46,797 nucleotides of DNA from positions 62,001 to 108,797 of the forward strand of contig NZ_MWQY01000015.1 of NCBI RefSeq assembly GCF_002087085.1, written 5' to 3'. Position numbers and translations under genes: made by a program. This document shows positions 7,731 through 18,115 of this stretch, in pieces (position 1 is the stretch's first letter; the number at the start of each line of letters is the position of its first letter). A model generated the notes under the pieces. That model saw only the letters and a list, made by a program, of their open reading frames with translations. It searched no databases and was not told the DNA's origin.

Positions 7731-10700
7731 TTAGAAGGGACGGTCCGCCAGGTACTTGTACTCTTTGTACTGCTTGTCCACGCCCTTCTTGATGCTCTCA
7801 AGCAGCATCGCAGCCCGCTCGGGGTTGGAGCGCTTCAGGGCACGGTAGCGGTTTTCGGCGTAGATGTAGTCTTCCACCTGGGTGGAGGGCTCTTTGCTGT
7901 CCATCTGGAAGGGGTTCTTGCCTTCTTCGGCCAGCATCGGGTTGTAGCGGTACAGGGGCCACATGCCGGAGGTAACCGCCGCCTTCTGCTGGTTCATGCC
8001 GGTGGTCATATCGATACCATGGGCGATACAGTGGGAGTAGGCAATGATGATGGAAGGTCCGTTGTAGGCTTCCGCTTCCTGGAAGGCCTTGATGGCCTGG
8101 ATGCGGTTGTAGCCCATGGCGATCTTGGCGACGTAAACATAGCCGTAGCTCATGGCCATCATCCCTAAGTCTTTCTTGCCGATGCCCTTACCGGAGGCGG
8201 CAAACTTGGCGATGGCACCCGTGGGAGTAGCCTTGGACATCTGTCCGCCGGTGTTGGAGTATACCTCGGTATCCATCAGCAGAACGTTGACGTTCTTGCC
8301 TGAGGCCAGAACGTGGTCCAGTCCGCCGTACCCGATATCGTATCCCCAGCCGTCTCCTCCAAGGATCCAGACGGAGCGTTTAACCAGGTAGTCGGCTGTA
8401 CCAAGCAGGTTGAGGGCTTCCTTGCTCTTGGACTTGGCAAGCTGTCCCTTGAGCTGGCCTACCAATTTCCTTTGTTCCTCGATAGCTTCCTGGCTGGCCT
8501 GGTCGTTGTCCCGGATCTTCGCCAGAAGACCGGCATCGATTCCGGCCTCTTTCTTCTCGATCAGCGCGGTACAGAGCTCTTTGGCATACTTGTGGAGCTG
8601 ATCGGAGGTAAGGCGCATACCCATACCGAACTCGGCGGCGTCCTCAAAGAGGGAGTTGGACCATGAAGGCCCGCGGCCGTCTTCACGGGTGGTATAGGGG
8701 GTGGTGGGCAGGTTTCCGCCGTAGATGGAGGAACAGCCGGTGGCGTTGGCGATTACCGCCCGGTCGCCGAAGAGCTGGCTCATGAGCTTGACGTATGGGG
8801 TCTCGCCACAGCCCGCACAGGCTCCGGAGAACTCAAAGAGGGGCGGCAGAAGCTGGGTACCCTTGGTGTTGTTCAGGCTGATCAGCTCCCTGGGGGTATT
8901 GGGGACCTTGTTCAGGAAGAAATCCCAGTTGACAGCTTCCTGCTCGCGCAGCGGCTGCTGGGGTTCCATGTTGATGGCTTTCCTTTCCGTCTTGACGCCG
9001 TCTTCTTTCTTGTGGGCGGGACAGATATTCACACAGGCACCGCAGCCGGTACAGTCTTCCGGAGCAACCTGGATAGTGAACTTCATGCCTTCAAAACCCT
9101 TGCCCCGGGCCGCAGTGCTCTTGAAGGTTGCGGGTGCGTCTTTCAGAACGTCCTCGTTGTAGACCTTCATGCGGATTACGGCGTGGGGACAGACTGCTGA
9201 ACAGTCGCCGCACTGAATACAGGTATCGGGGTCCCATACGGGAATACTCTCGGCGATATTCCTTTTCTCGTACTTGGTCGTGCCGGTGGGGTAGGTACCG
9301 TCCAGGGGCAGCTTGGAGGTAGGAATATCCTCGCCGCGGAAGGCGATCAGCTCGCCGGTAACCTCTTTTACGAACTTGGGTGCATCCGCGGGTACCGGGG
9401 GCTTCATGTGAAGGTCGCCGGAAACGGAGGAAGGAACATCAACCTTCTGGATGTGGCTGGCTGCCATGTCGATGGCCTTGATGTTCATGTCGACAATTTC
9501 CTGACCCTTCTTGCCGTAGGTCTTCTGGGTGGCCTTTTTGATCAGCTCGAGGGCCTTCTCCTCGGGAAGAACGCCGGAGATCTTGAAGAAGGCGGTCTGC
9601 ATGATAACGTTGATGCGTCCGCCGAGGCCTACCTCGTTGGCAATCTTTACCGCGTCAATTACGTAGAAGTTCAGTTTCTTGTCGATGATCTGCTTCTGGA
9701 CCTCAACGGGCAGGTGCTGCCAGATTTCGTCTTTACCGTAGTGGCTGGTAACCAGGAAGGTTCCGCCCTCTTTACAGTTCTTGAGCATGTCGAACTTCTC
9801 GAGGAAGCTCTCGTTATGACATGCCACAAAATTTGCCCGCTGAATCAGGTAGGAGGATTTGATCTTCCGTGGTCCGAAACGCAGGTGAGAGGTTGTCATG
9901 GCTCCGGCTTTCTTGGAGTCGTAGACGAAGTATCCCTGGGCGGCAAAGTCGGTGGCCTCGCCAATGATCTTGATGGAGTTCTTGTTGGCACCGACGGTTC
10001 CGTCGGAACCCAGTCCGTAGAACATGGCCTGGTGTACGTCCTCGGCTTCCGTTACGAAGCTGGGGTCCCAGGGCAGGCTGGTGCCGTTCAGGTCGTCATG
10101 TATACCCACGGTAAAGTGGTTTTTGGGATGATCCTCTTTCAGGTTGTCGAAGACACTCTTGATCATGGCGGGGGTAACACCGTGACCGGAAAGACCGAGG
10201 CCGAAACGTCCGCCGACGATCTTGGGATAGGTCTTGAACTTGGGATTTCCTTTGCTCATCTCCTCACCGAAGGCCGTGCGCACGTCTTCATAGAGGGGTT
10301 CACCCAGGGAACCGGGTTCCTTGGTCATATCAAGGACGCCGATCTTGGTGACGGAAGCAGGAAGGGCCTCCAGCAGGTGATAGGCGGAGAAGGGGCGGAA
10401 GAGGTGCACTTTAACTACACCGACCTTTTCGCCCTTGTTCATCAGGAACTCGACGGTTTCTTCCGTGGTATCCGCAGCGGAACCCATCAGAACGATTACC
10501 CGCTCGGCATCCTTGGCTCCCACATAGTCGAAGAGCTTATAGGTCCGGCCGGTGAGCTTGGCGAACTTGTCCATGTACTTCTGTACGATTCCGGGAGCGT
10601 CTTCATAGTATTTGTTGACAGTCTCCCGGGCGGCAAAGAACACGTCGGGGTTCTGGCTGGTTCCCTTGATGGTGGGATTTTCGGGGTTCAGGGAGCGTTC

Positions 10701-11315
10701 GCGGTGGGCCTTTACCAGCTCATCGTCGATCATCTCCTTCATTACTTCATAGGGAAGCTCCTCTACCTTGCGGATCTCGTGACTGGTACGGAATCCGTCA
10801 AAGAAGTGCAGAAAGGGCACCCGGCTTTCCAGACTCGCGGCCTGGGAAATAAGGGCCATATCCATGACTTCCTGAACGTTGTTGGACGCCAGAAGAGCAA
10901 AACCGGTGGCCCTGGCTGCCATTACGTCGGAATGATCACCGAAGATGGACAGCGCCTGAGCGGCGACTGCCCGCGCAGCGATATGGAATACTGTGGGGGT
11001 CATTTCGCCGGCGATCTTGAACATGTTCGGGATCATCAGCAGAAGCCCCTGGGAGGCGGTAAAGGTGGTGGTCAACGCTCCGGTAGTAAGAGCGCCATGA
11101 ACTGCACCGGCGGCACCGGCCTCGGACTGCATCTCAACGACATCGGGAATGGAATTCCAGATATTGGGTCGACCTTGTGCAGAGTAGAGGTCGGAAAGCT
11201 CGCCCATGGGAGAGGACGGAGTAATCGGGTAGATGGCGATTACCTCGTTTGTCGCGTGGGCTACGTATGCGGCGGCGGTATTACCGTCGATAGTAACCAT
11301 ATTCTTCTCAGGCAT
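7731..11315 (-). CDS. nifJ: Pyruvate:ferredoxin/flavodoxin oxidoreductase (single-chain PFOR)
   Basis: YPITPSS, EMQSEAGAAG, GLGSDGTVGANKN, two CxxCxxCxxxC ferredoxin motifs, FEFSGACAGCGETPY, GGDGWGYDIG and DTEVYSNTGGQ. Start placed at ATG 11315 (AAGGA RBS) rather than the ORF-track 11381. Confidence 0.98.
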   Translation of the reverse strand: MPEKNMVTIDGNTAAAYVAHATNEVIAIYPITPSSPMGELSDLYSAQGRPNIWNSIPDVVEMQSEAGAAGAVHGALTTGALTTTFTASQGLLLMIPNMFKIAGEMTPTVFHIAARAVAAQALSIFGDHSDVMAARATGFALLASNNVQEVMDMALISQAASLESRVPFLHFFDGFRTSHEIRKVEELPYEVMKEMIDDELVKAHRERSLNPENPTIKGTSQNPDVFFAARETVNKYYEDAPGIVQKYMDKFAKLTGRTYKLFDYVGAKDAERVIVLMGSAADTTEETVEFLMNKGEKVGVVKVHLFRPFSAYHLLEALPASVTKIGVLDMTKEPGSLGEPLYEDVRTAFGEEMSKGNPKFKTYPKIVGGRFGLGLSGHGVTPAMIKSVFDNLKEDHPKNHFTVGIHDDLNGTSLPWDPSFVTEAEDVHQAMFYGLGSDGTVGANKNSIKIIGEATDFAAQGYFVYDSKKAGAMTTSHLRFGPRKIKSSYLIQRANFVACHNESFLEKFDMLKNCKEGGTFLVTSHYGKDEIWQHLPVEVQKQIIDKKLNFYVIDAVKIANEVGLGGRINVIMQTAFFKISGVLPEEKALELIKKATQKTYGKKGQEIVDMNIKAIDMAASHIQKVDVPSSVSGDLHMKPPVPADAPKFVKEVTGELIAFRGEDIPTSKLPLDGTYPTGTTKYEKRNIAESIPVWDPDTCIQCGDCSAVCPHAVIRMKVYNEDVLKDAPATFKSTAARGKGFEGMKFTIQVAPEDCTGCGACVNICPAHKKEDGVKTERKAINMEPQQPLREQEAVNWDFFLNKVPNTPRELISLNNTKGTQLLPPLFEFSGACAGCGETPYVKLMSQLFGDRAVIANATGCSSIYGGNLPTTPYTTREDGRGPSWSNSLFEDAAEFGMGMRLTSDQLHKYAKELCTALIEKKEAGIDAGLLAKIRDNDQASQEAIEEQRKLVGQLKGQLAKSKSKEALNLLGTADYLVKRSVWILGGDGWGYDIGYGGLDHVLASGKNVNVLLMDTEVYSNTGGQMSKATPTGAIAKFAASGKGIGKKDLGMMAMSYGYVYVAKIAMGYNRIQAIKAFQEAEAYNGPSIIIAYSHCIAHGIDMTTGMNQQKAAVTSGMWPLYRYNPMLAEEGKNPFQMDSKEPSTQVEDYIYAENRYRALKRSNPERAAMLLESIKKGVDKQYKEYKYLADRPF

Positions 11316-11352
11316 AATAGCTATCCTTCTTGTGTGGGATTTGTACACTCTC

Positions 11353-11381
11353 AGTATAGATGATGATCCGTTAATCATCAA
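11353..11381 (-). promoter_or_regulatory. Sigma70-type promoter of nifJ with an overlapping inverted repeat
   Basis: Minus strand TTGATG-17 nt-TATACT; palindrome TGATGAT-N6-ATCATCA at 11361-11380. Confidence 0.6.
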
Positions 11382-11441
11382 GGCTCGGGCGGCCTCGAAT
11401 CAATTGGTAAGACCAAAATTCCTGAATTTTCGTTGTGCCGG

Positions 11442-12245
11442 TCAGGGCTTTTTCGCGTTTATTGTGATGCTGATCAGCCGGGATCCGCATTCCCTGTAGG
11501 CCTGCAGGGTCTGCGAATCAGCGTTTGAAAGGATAATCTCATCAGGAATCTCGATTATCCTTTCCGCTTTTATCTCGATGTCAGCGAAACCGGTCCTTTT
11601 TATCAATTCCAGGTACTCCTTTTTCCGGATCGCTCCGGCAATACATCCGGCGTAGAGTTCGGCGGAGCGCCGGATTCCCTCCGGCAGATCACCCTCGACC
11701 ACGATATCGGAAATGGAAAAGCGGCCGCCTGGTTTTAAAATTCGTAGAATTTCCACGAAGGCCCGTGCCTTATCCGGAACAAGGTTCAGCACACAGTTGC
11801 TTAAGACCCAGTCGGCGCTTTCGTCGGCCAGGGGAATTGCCTCGATTTCGCCGAGAATAAATTCAACATTGTATAATCCCCGTTTGCGGGCAATCTCCCG
11901 GGCTTTGGTGATCATTGCAGGCGTCATATCAACCCCGATGACTCTTCCCTGCGGTCCTGTTTCAGCAAGGGCAAGAAAGGCGTCGTTTCCGGCACCGGAC
12001 CCGAGATCGACAACCGTGTCCCCATTCCTTATATCTGCATAACGGGTCGGCATTCCGCAGCCGAGTCCCATGTCTGCTTCCTTTTCATACCCCCGGGCTC
12101 CCGCATAGTCTCCTGAAACCATGGAAAACAGCTCATTCGGTTCTCCACCTCCGCAGCAGCAGTCTGAACTGCAGCAGGACCCCGATTTCCCGGCAATACC
12201 GGCATAGCGTGCCTGTATGCTGTTCTTGATATCTTCACTGTTCAC
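11442..12245 (-). CDS. arsM: Arsenite S-adenosylmethionine methyltransferase
   Basis: Cys-rich N-terminus (SCCSSDCCCG), GLGCGMP, VDLGSGAG SAM motif, SNCVLNL and YAGCIAGA. The GTG start at 12245 has a GGAGG RBS and lies right after the arsR stop. Confidence 0.93.
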   Translation of the reverse strand: MNSEDIKNSIQARYAGIAGKSGSCCSSDCCCGGGEPNELFSMVSGDYAGARGYEKEADMGLGCGMPTRYADIRNGDTVVDLGSGAGNDAFLALAETGPQGRVIGVDMTPAMITKAREIARKRGLYNVEFILGEIEAIPLADESADWVLSNCVLNLVPDKARAFVEILRILKPGGRFSISDIVVEGDLPEGIRRSAELYAGCIAGAIRKKEYLELIKRTGFADIEIKAERIIEIPDEIILSNADSQTLQAYRECGSRLISITINAKKP

Positions 12246-12246
12246 T

Positions 12247-12579
12247 CTATTCCTCCCGATTTGTTTTTCCGCAGCAGATACCCCCGAGGAGTTCTCCAAA
12301 GGCTCGCCGGGTTTTGGTTATTGTTTCTGTTTCCAGGCAGTAGCAGGTCGCCGGTCCGTCGATCTCTCCCTGTATAAGACCGGCGTCCTTCAGTACCTTT
12401 AGGTGCTGGGACACTGTCGCCTGGGCCAGGGGCAGGTCCCGGACCAGTTCGCCGGTAATGCAGCGATTGCATTCTGCAAGCAGGGTGAGTATCCGGATCC
12501 TGGCGGGATGAGAAAGTGCTTTCGCAATATGTGCCATGTTCATCTCTTCCTCTGAAAAGAGACTGCTTTTATTCTGCAT
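12247..12579 (-). CDS. arsR: ArsR/SmtB-family repressor
   Basis: [40 protein letters not shown] and C-terminal CC; directly upstream of arsM. Confidence 0.92.
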   Translation of the reverse strand: MQNKSSLFSEEEMNMAHIAKALSHPARIRILTLLAECNRCITGELVRDLPLAQATVSQHLKVLKDAGLIQGEIDGPATCYCLETETITKTRRAFGELLGGICCGKTNREE

Positions 12580-12610
12580 GTTTATAAACTCTCATTGCTG
12601 AACAAAGATA

Positions 12611-12646
12611 TATATCGACGATATACGATAAAAGAGGATTTGACAA
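12611..12646 (-). promoter_or_regulatory. arsR-arsM promoter with overlapping palindromic operator
   Basis: Minus strand TTGTCA-17 nt-TATCGT. The palindromes TATATCG-A-CGATATA (12611-12625) and ATCG-N8-CGAT (12614-12629) cover the -10. Confidence 0.65.
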
Positions 12647-12663
12647 TACCGGGGCGCTTTTTT

Positions 12664-14531
12664 TCAGGTTTCAGGTATCGGAAATCGTATGTGGAAATGG
12701 GCTCCGCCGGACCCCGAGAAATCCAGGCGGCCATGAATCTGTTCGGTCAAGGCGAGTATCATCTGTAATCCCAGCCCGGATGGTTTTTCTCCGGGATCAG
12801 GCATTGTGAACCCGGGGCCGTTGTCCGAGATTTCGATGCATCCTTCTGCGGATTGACGGTTATGAAAGAAAACCAGAGAAATACCTGGTTCATCGGTCTG
12901 GTCCAGGGCGTGCTGAATACTGTTGGTCAGTATTTCATTGACTATGAGTCCGCAGGGCATGGCGATATCCAGGGGCAGAAGGACTTCCCGGATGTCCAGG
13001 GAATAATCGATGATCCGGCCGTCTGTTGTCTGGGAGTAGAGAGAAATCAGTTCCCGTATATGCCGGGAAAAGTCGATTGTTATCATACTGTCCGAGGTGT
13101 ACAGGATTTCATGCACCAGGGCTATGGCATGTATTCTGTTCTGATTGCGCTCCAGCACATCCTGAAAAAACGGGTCACTGGACCTCCCTTTTTCCAGATT
13201 CAGCATGCTTTTTACTATCTGGAGGTTGTTTTTTACCCGATGATGAATCTCCCGCATAAGGATCTCTTTCTCCTGAAGGGAATCAATCAGTTTCTGCTCC
13301 CACTCTTTTCGTTCGGTGATGTCCCGTGCGGCTGCATATATCAGGTTATCGCTGGCAATGGACCGCCATTCTATCCAGCGATAGCTATTGTCGGCACAGC
13401 GATATCTGTTTGTAAAATCCCTGACTTCTTTTCCCTGGGTAAGCTGCTCGACCGCTTCGAGGGTAGAGTCGATGTCCTCGGGGTGAACGAGATCGAGAAA
13501 ACTGGAGCCTTTCAGGGTTCCCTCCGGGTATCCCAGGGTCCTTTCTCACTGGGGGTTGATGCGAATCAGGGTTCCATTCAGATCGGTAATGCAGAAAAGG
13601 TCCAGGGTCAGGGTAAAGAAGCGGTCGAGTTCATTGACCTTATCAAGAAAAGCCAGTTTCCCCACCGAGCGTTGGTACAGGTAAAACGCCAGCAGTACAG
13701 ACAGTGTGATTCCGGAAATGAGAATGTAAAGAGGTATATTCGACGCCGTTTTCCTGAGGTATTCGGAATTCGCTTCGATATCAATCCGCCATTCCTTGTC
13801 GGCGAAGGCGAAAGGTGTGGATTTCCGGAGATTATCGCTGGAAAAGAACAGTTTTCCCCGGTTCCCGCCGGTATCGCTCTGGTCCTTATATCGGTAGAGT
13901 ACCCGCTCTTCCGATTCTGCTTCTTCTATAATCTGAAACGAAAGGCCGATATGCGTAATTTCCGAATAAAACGGAGAAAGGAGGGAGTCGTGATCAAAGC
14001 GGGCATAGAGGATGCCCTTGGTCGCTGAAACAGGCATGAGTGCGAGTATCTGCCCCGGTTTTCTGCTCTAGAGTTTTTCCCGGACATAATCGTATCGAGT
14101 TCGTCGTTGTCCCAGGGAAGGCTGCTGCTTTCTGAAGTCTGTACCTCTGATGACAGGATATATCTTCCGCTCGTCTCTCCGTTGTTCGCAGGAGGAATCC
14201 AGCCAATCTGAATGAAAATCCCCTGGTCTATCCATTCGCGGCAGAACTGCCCGAACTCCTGAGATGTTACCTCTTCGGAAGATGAAAAGAACATGCGGAT
14301 AGTGTTCATGTGGGTCAGGGGATAATTGAGGAGACCCTGTACTGTTTCGGTCCGGCGTAATGCATCCGCTTGAAACTGCATGGTGAGGTACTGTCTGGCT
14401 TCGAAAAGTTCGTTGAAAAAAACAGCGCCGGTTATGAGAAGAAAACCTGCAAGCACCAGAACATACGAAACGGAGGAAACGAGAATCCTGTCGAGGGTGG
14501 AGGAGGGCAGCTGATCTTTGTCATTGTCCAT
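12664..14531 (-). pseudogene. Disrupted sensor histidine kinase (TM-CHASE-like-TM-PAS-HisKA_2-HATPase)
   Basis: Three ORF fragments join into one protein. There is a frameshift near 14040-14080 and an in-frame TGA at 13546-13548 (INPQ*ERTLGY) after which the frame continues through PAS (LVHPED, YRWIEW, AARDITERK) to EIHHRVKNNLQ and the N/G boxes. Confidence 0.85.
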
Positions 14532-14646
14532 GATCCGATATACTTCCTCCCCTCTACAGACCGTCCATGTTTGGGGTCTTTCCCTTTAATCATAGAAGAG
14601 CTGATGCGGGTCTTCAAGAGTATCTGCGGACTATTACGGCCGGCTT

Positions 14647-15399
14647 CTAATAGGCAGTCAATCCTCCGTCGACAGGCAGGGCGACTCCGGTAATAAACGA
14701 AGCCTCATCGGAGGCCAGAAACAGTACCGCGTTGGCGATTTCTTCAGTTTTTGCCATGCGCCCCAGGGGGATCTCGTCTATCCGCTCCTGCCGCTTGTCA
14801 GGGTCCTTAAACAGGTCCCGCATGATTGCCGTATCCGCCGTACTGGGGTGTACGGAATTACAGCGGATCTGGTCCTTTGCGTACTTTACCGCCACGGCCC
14901 GTGTCATAAGGGTAACAGCCCCCTTGGAGACAATATAGGATTCCCCGGAGAATTTATGACCCACCAGACCGCAGATGGAGGACATGTTGACGATGGAGCC
15001 GCCGCCGTTCCTGCGCATTACCGGAATGACGTGTTTTATCCCCAGGAAGGGACCCCGGGCATTGATGGCCATTATCTGGTCCCACTCTTCAACGGGCAGG
15101 TCAGTCAGAGGCTGCCGCTTGGTTATACCGGCATTATTGACCAGAATGTCGATTCTTCCTCGTTCTTTGACGATCTCCCCGACCGCCCTGATCCAGTCGC
15201 TCTCCTGTGTTACATCCAGCTTCACCGAAGCGGCTCTGCCTCCTGAGGACTGTAATTCCCGGGTTGCCTCCTCCGCATGTTCAACGTTGATATCGGCTAT
15301 GTAGACAAAAGCTCCTTCCCTGGTGAAGGTCCTGGCGATCTCCCTGCCTATTCCCTGGGCTCCCCCCGTTATCAGGGCTGTTTTATTCTCCAAACGCAT
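14647..15399 (-). CDS. Classical short-chain dehydrogenase/reductase
   Basis: TGGAQGIG, NNAG, YxxxK (YIVSK) and FITGVALPVDGG; AGGAGG RBS. Confidence 0.93.
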   Translation of the reverse strand: MRLENKTALITGGAQGIGREIARTFTREGAFVYIADINVEHAEEATRELQSSGGRAASVKLDVTQESDWIRAVGEIVKERGRIDILVNNAGITKRQPLTDLPVEEWDQIMAINARGPFLGIKHVIPVMRRNGGGSIVNMSSICGLVGHKFSGESYIVSKGAVTLMTRAVAVKYAKDQIRCNSVHPSTADTAIMRDLFKDPDKRQERIDEIPLGRMAKTEEIANAVLFLASDEASFITGVALPVDGGLTAY

Positions 15400-15493
15400 C
15401 TGCGTCCTCCTTGCGTAAAGATGGGACTTGTGAAGTTCATTATAACAGAGTCTGATATCAGGTCAATTCTATAATTCGTTGTATCGGGAGGCG

Positions 15494-16738
15494 TCACATC
15501 CGCATTCCGACACTGAAAGCGGCGTTCCAGATTCCGCTTTCAGCGTTCCAGGCTGCTCCCAGGTCCAGGGCGGGAAAGGCAATCTTTTTCAGGTAGCAGC
15601 GGATTCCGAAATGGGTTCCCTGGGCAAAAAGGCTGTCCCCGCTAATATCCTCCGCGAAGGCCGCCTGGTATGAGACGAAGGCGCTGAACATACCGGCTCC
15701 GAAGTCGGCAAATACCCCTTCCAGGCCAAGGGAAGTCCCCGCAAGAGAGTTGGACCGGAAATTCCCGGGAAGAATCGCCACCCTCGCGGCAGAGGGCCCT
15801 TCGCTGAAAACCAGAGGTGCGTCCTCGGCCCTGTACGCGGCTGCACCGAGCATGAGCCGCAGCCTCTGTGTCAGGGGCTGCTCCCAGGCGCATTCGCCCT
15901 GCAGGGCAAGATACGAGTCTCCTTTCAGCGGGATGAACCAGGCACCTTCAATCTCCGCATATCGCCGGGACAGGAACACACCGTTCCAGTCGGACTTTTG
16001 GATGCTGATCTCCGCAGAGAGGGGAAGCATCCGGGCGGAAGCCACGGGACTGTCCTCTACCGAGGCCTCCCGATAACCGAATCCTGCAGAAAGAGAAATC
16101 AGCTGGCTCAGATCATGCCGCAGACCGGCCATCAGGGTCAGGCCCCGCTCGTCGTAGCTGAGCAGCTCATCCTCCTCCCCGTTCGTGACTGTTGTTTCAC
16201 CCTTCGAGAAGGCCGCCAGTATATAAAGTCCAAGGGGAAGTCTTTTACCCGGGGGGGTCATGTAGCTGCCGAAGAAGGTGTACCGGTCGGCGGAGAAGAA
16301 TCCCGCCAGGAAGGCCTGGTGGTTCAGGCCGAAGGCGTTGGTTTCTATCAGGGTACCTCCCCCGGCTATTCCGTTCTTATCCCCCAGAATAACCGGTATG
16401 GGTATAAGGGTCCATTTTTCCTGAACGGATACGACCAGGGAGACAGAGGCGGGATCGTCATATTCAAGGGAAACCTCGGTCTCGTAGAAGAGGCCGCTCT
16501 CCCTGAGTACCGTCTGTACCTCCCCCATGTCAAGCTCATCCGCGGGAAGGCCGATGTAGGGTTCCAGAAGCCGTTCCACCACCTCCGGTCTGGTGCGTTT
16601 GAGTCCGTGAATAATAAGGCGATCAATGGTTGTGTACTGTTCCGCCTTCGTTTCAGGGAACGCCAGGGCAGGCAGAAGGAATATCATCAGCAAGGAGAGC
16701 AGCAGAGAAGAAGTTTTTTTCACGGATTCAGACCTCAT
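15494..16738 (-). CDS. Omp85/BamA-TamA-like outer-membrane protein with a single POTRA domain
   Basis: Signal peptide; POTRA (IHGLKRTRPEVV...LRESGLF...VSVQEKW); barrel entry IETNAFG; amphipathic beta strands to the C-terminus. Confidence 0.72.
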   Translation of the reverse strand: MRSESVKKTSSLLLSLLMIFLLPALAFPETKAEQYTTIDRLIIHGLKRTRPEVVERLLEPYIGLPADELDMGEVQTVLRESGLFYETEVSLEYDDPASVSLVVSVQEKWTLIPIPVILGDKNGIAGGGTLIETNAFGLNHQAFLAGFFSADRYTFFGSYMTPPGKRLPLGLYILAAFSKGETTVTNGEEDELLSYDERGLTLMAGLRHDLSQLISLSAGFGYREASVEDSPVASARMLPLSAEISIQKSDWNGVFLSRRYAEIEGAWFIPLKGDSYLALQGECAWEQPLTQRLRLMLGAAAYRAEDAPLVFSEGPSAARVAILPGNFRSNSLAGTSLGLEGVFADFGAGMFSAFVSYQAAFAEDISGDSLFAQGTHFGIRCYLKKIAFPALDLGAAWNAESGIWNAAFSVGMRM

Positions 16739-18115
16739 TCAATCGTGTTTTAGTAATGGAACTTCAAAATAAAACCCGGCACCGCCGAGTTTGGTTTCAA
16801 ATATACCGGCCCTGCCGCCGTGGGTCTCAGCGATGCTCCGGACGGAACTCAAACCCAGCCCGATTCCCCTGCTGTTTCGTCCGCGGTCGCCCCGGTAAAA
16901 GGGCTCAAAAAGAAGGGGGGCCTCCTCGTTGCGTATTCCCGGCCCGGAATCCTCCACGCTTATGCGCAGCATGCCGTTTTCCCCCCGTGCTTCCGCCCGG
17001 ATGACAGCGTCCTGTCCGGCGTAACGGAAGGCGTTTTCTATCAGGTTTTCCACCGCCCTGGCCAGCATTCTGCGGTTTCCCAGGATCTTCCGGTCTTCCG
17101 GAATCGAAATGCCCGTGGAGAAATCGACTTCCCGGGCTTCTGCTTCGATAAGGAAGGGCTCAAAAACCTCCCGGGCGAATTCCTCTGCGGAAAAACCCAC
17201 GAAACTCCGGCGCCAGCCTTCGGTATTTATCCTGGTGGCCTCTATAAGCTCGCTGATCCGCTCCTCCAGCAGGTCCGCCTTTTTACGGATGACTTCGAAA
17301 CTCCTCATGGTCTCTTCTTCTCCCTTGATCACTCCGTCCTGAAGGGCTTCTACAAAACCCCGGATCGAAGTCAGGGGGGTCTTCAGGTCGTGGGAAACGG
17401 ACATGAGAAACCGGGCCTGCTGCTCCTGGTCCTCCTTGAGCTGCCTTCGCATTCGTTCAAAGGCTTCAAACACCGGCTTGAGTTCCGGATCTTCCGGTAT
17501 TGCAAGGCTTTGCGAAAGGTTGCCGGAGCGTATGCTTCCTGCACTTTTCTCCAGGGCTGCCAGGGACCTGCGTAATGAGAGGAGAAAGCGTCCGCTCAGG
17601 AGCAGGGGAATCAGAATTATTACGATGAAAATAATCGTCAGGGTAGTCAGGGGGTGCCCCAGAGCGTAAAGAAAGGGGTTTTTCGATGAGAAGCGGAAGA
17701 ATACCAGTCCCGGGACTCCCTTGTAGGTAAACAAGGCGTTTCCTATCATTGCCTTGTGATTGTTCTCGCGCTCTTTTTCGCTGATGGCGGCTATCAGCTC
17801 CAGTTCGTTTCCCGGTTTTCCGTGTTCGTACTGATCGAGCTGCTGAAAAAACCGGCGCACATCCGGATTGATATAGCGGGGATCATGGCTCCCGTGAACC
17901 ACGATAAGAATGCGGCTGTCGATTTCATCTTCCGGAATGCTGCCGTCGATAATCCGGTGCAGGTCCCTGGTTACAAAGGGCGGAGCGGCGGTTATCTCCC
18001 GGACCGAAGATTCGGGGATGGTAAGGAGAAAATAGATATAGCCCATAACTGGCAGGGTAAAAGGCACCATGGCGACAAAGACAAAGAGCAGGGTAAAGCG
18101 CCCGCGGAGGGTCAT
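16739..18115 (-). CDS. HAMP-domain sensor histidine kinase
   Basis: Two TMs, HAMP, H-box VSHDLKTPLTSI, ENLIENAFRY, DSGPG and GIGLGLS. ATG 18115 overlaps the regulator stop (ATGA). Confidence 0.93.
   Translation of the reverse strand: MTLRGRFTLLFVFVAMVPFTLPVMGYIYFLLTIPESSVREITAAPPFVTRDLHRIIDGSIPEDEIDSRILIVVHGSHDPRYINPDVRRFFQQLDQYEHGKPGNELELIAAISEKERENNHKAMIGNALFTYKGVPGLVFFRFSSKNPFLYALGHPLTTLTIIFIVIILIPLLLSGRFLLSLRRSLAALEKSAGSIRSGNLSQSLAIPEDPELKPVFEAFERMRRQLKEDQEQQARFLMSVSHDLKTPLTSIRGFVEALQDGVIKGEEETMRSFEVIRKKADLLEERISELIEATRINTEGWRRSFVGFSAEEFAREVFEPFLIEAEAREVDFSTGISIPEDRKILGNRRMLARAVENLIENAFRYAGQDAVIRAEARGENGMLRISVEDSGPGIRNEEAPLLFEPFYRGDRGRNSRGIGLGLSSVRSIAETHGGRAGIFETKLGGAGFYFEVPLLKHD

Noticed and set aside
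9408..11363. 651-aa plus-strand ORF opposite nifJ (also 2804-3892, 4305-5540, 12853-14028, 19431-20417, 45087-46229)
   Set aside because: Antisense shadows of well-supported genes, explained by codon bias; no family motifs.
13546..13548. TGA recoding (Trp or selenocysteine) in the kinase
   Set aside because: Many intact genes here end in TGA, the position aligns to Trp rather than Cys, and the same gene also has a frameshift.
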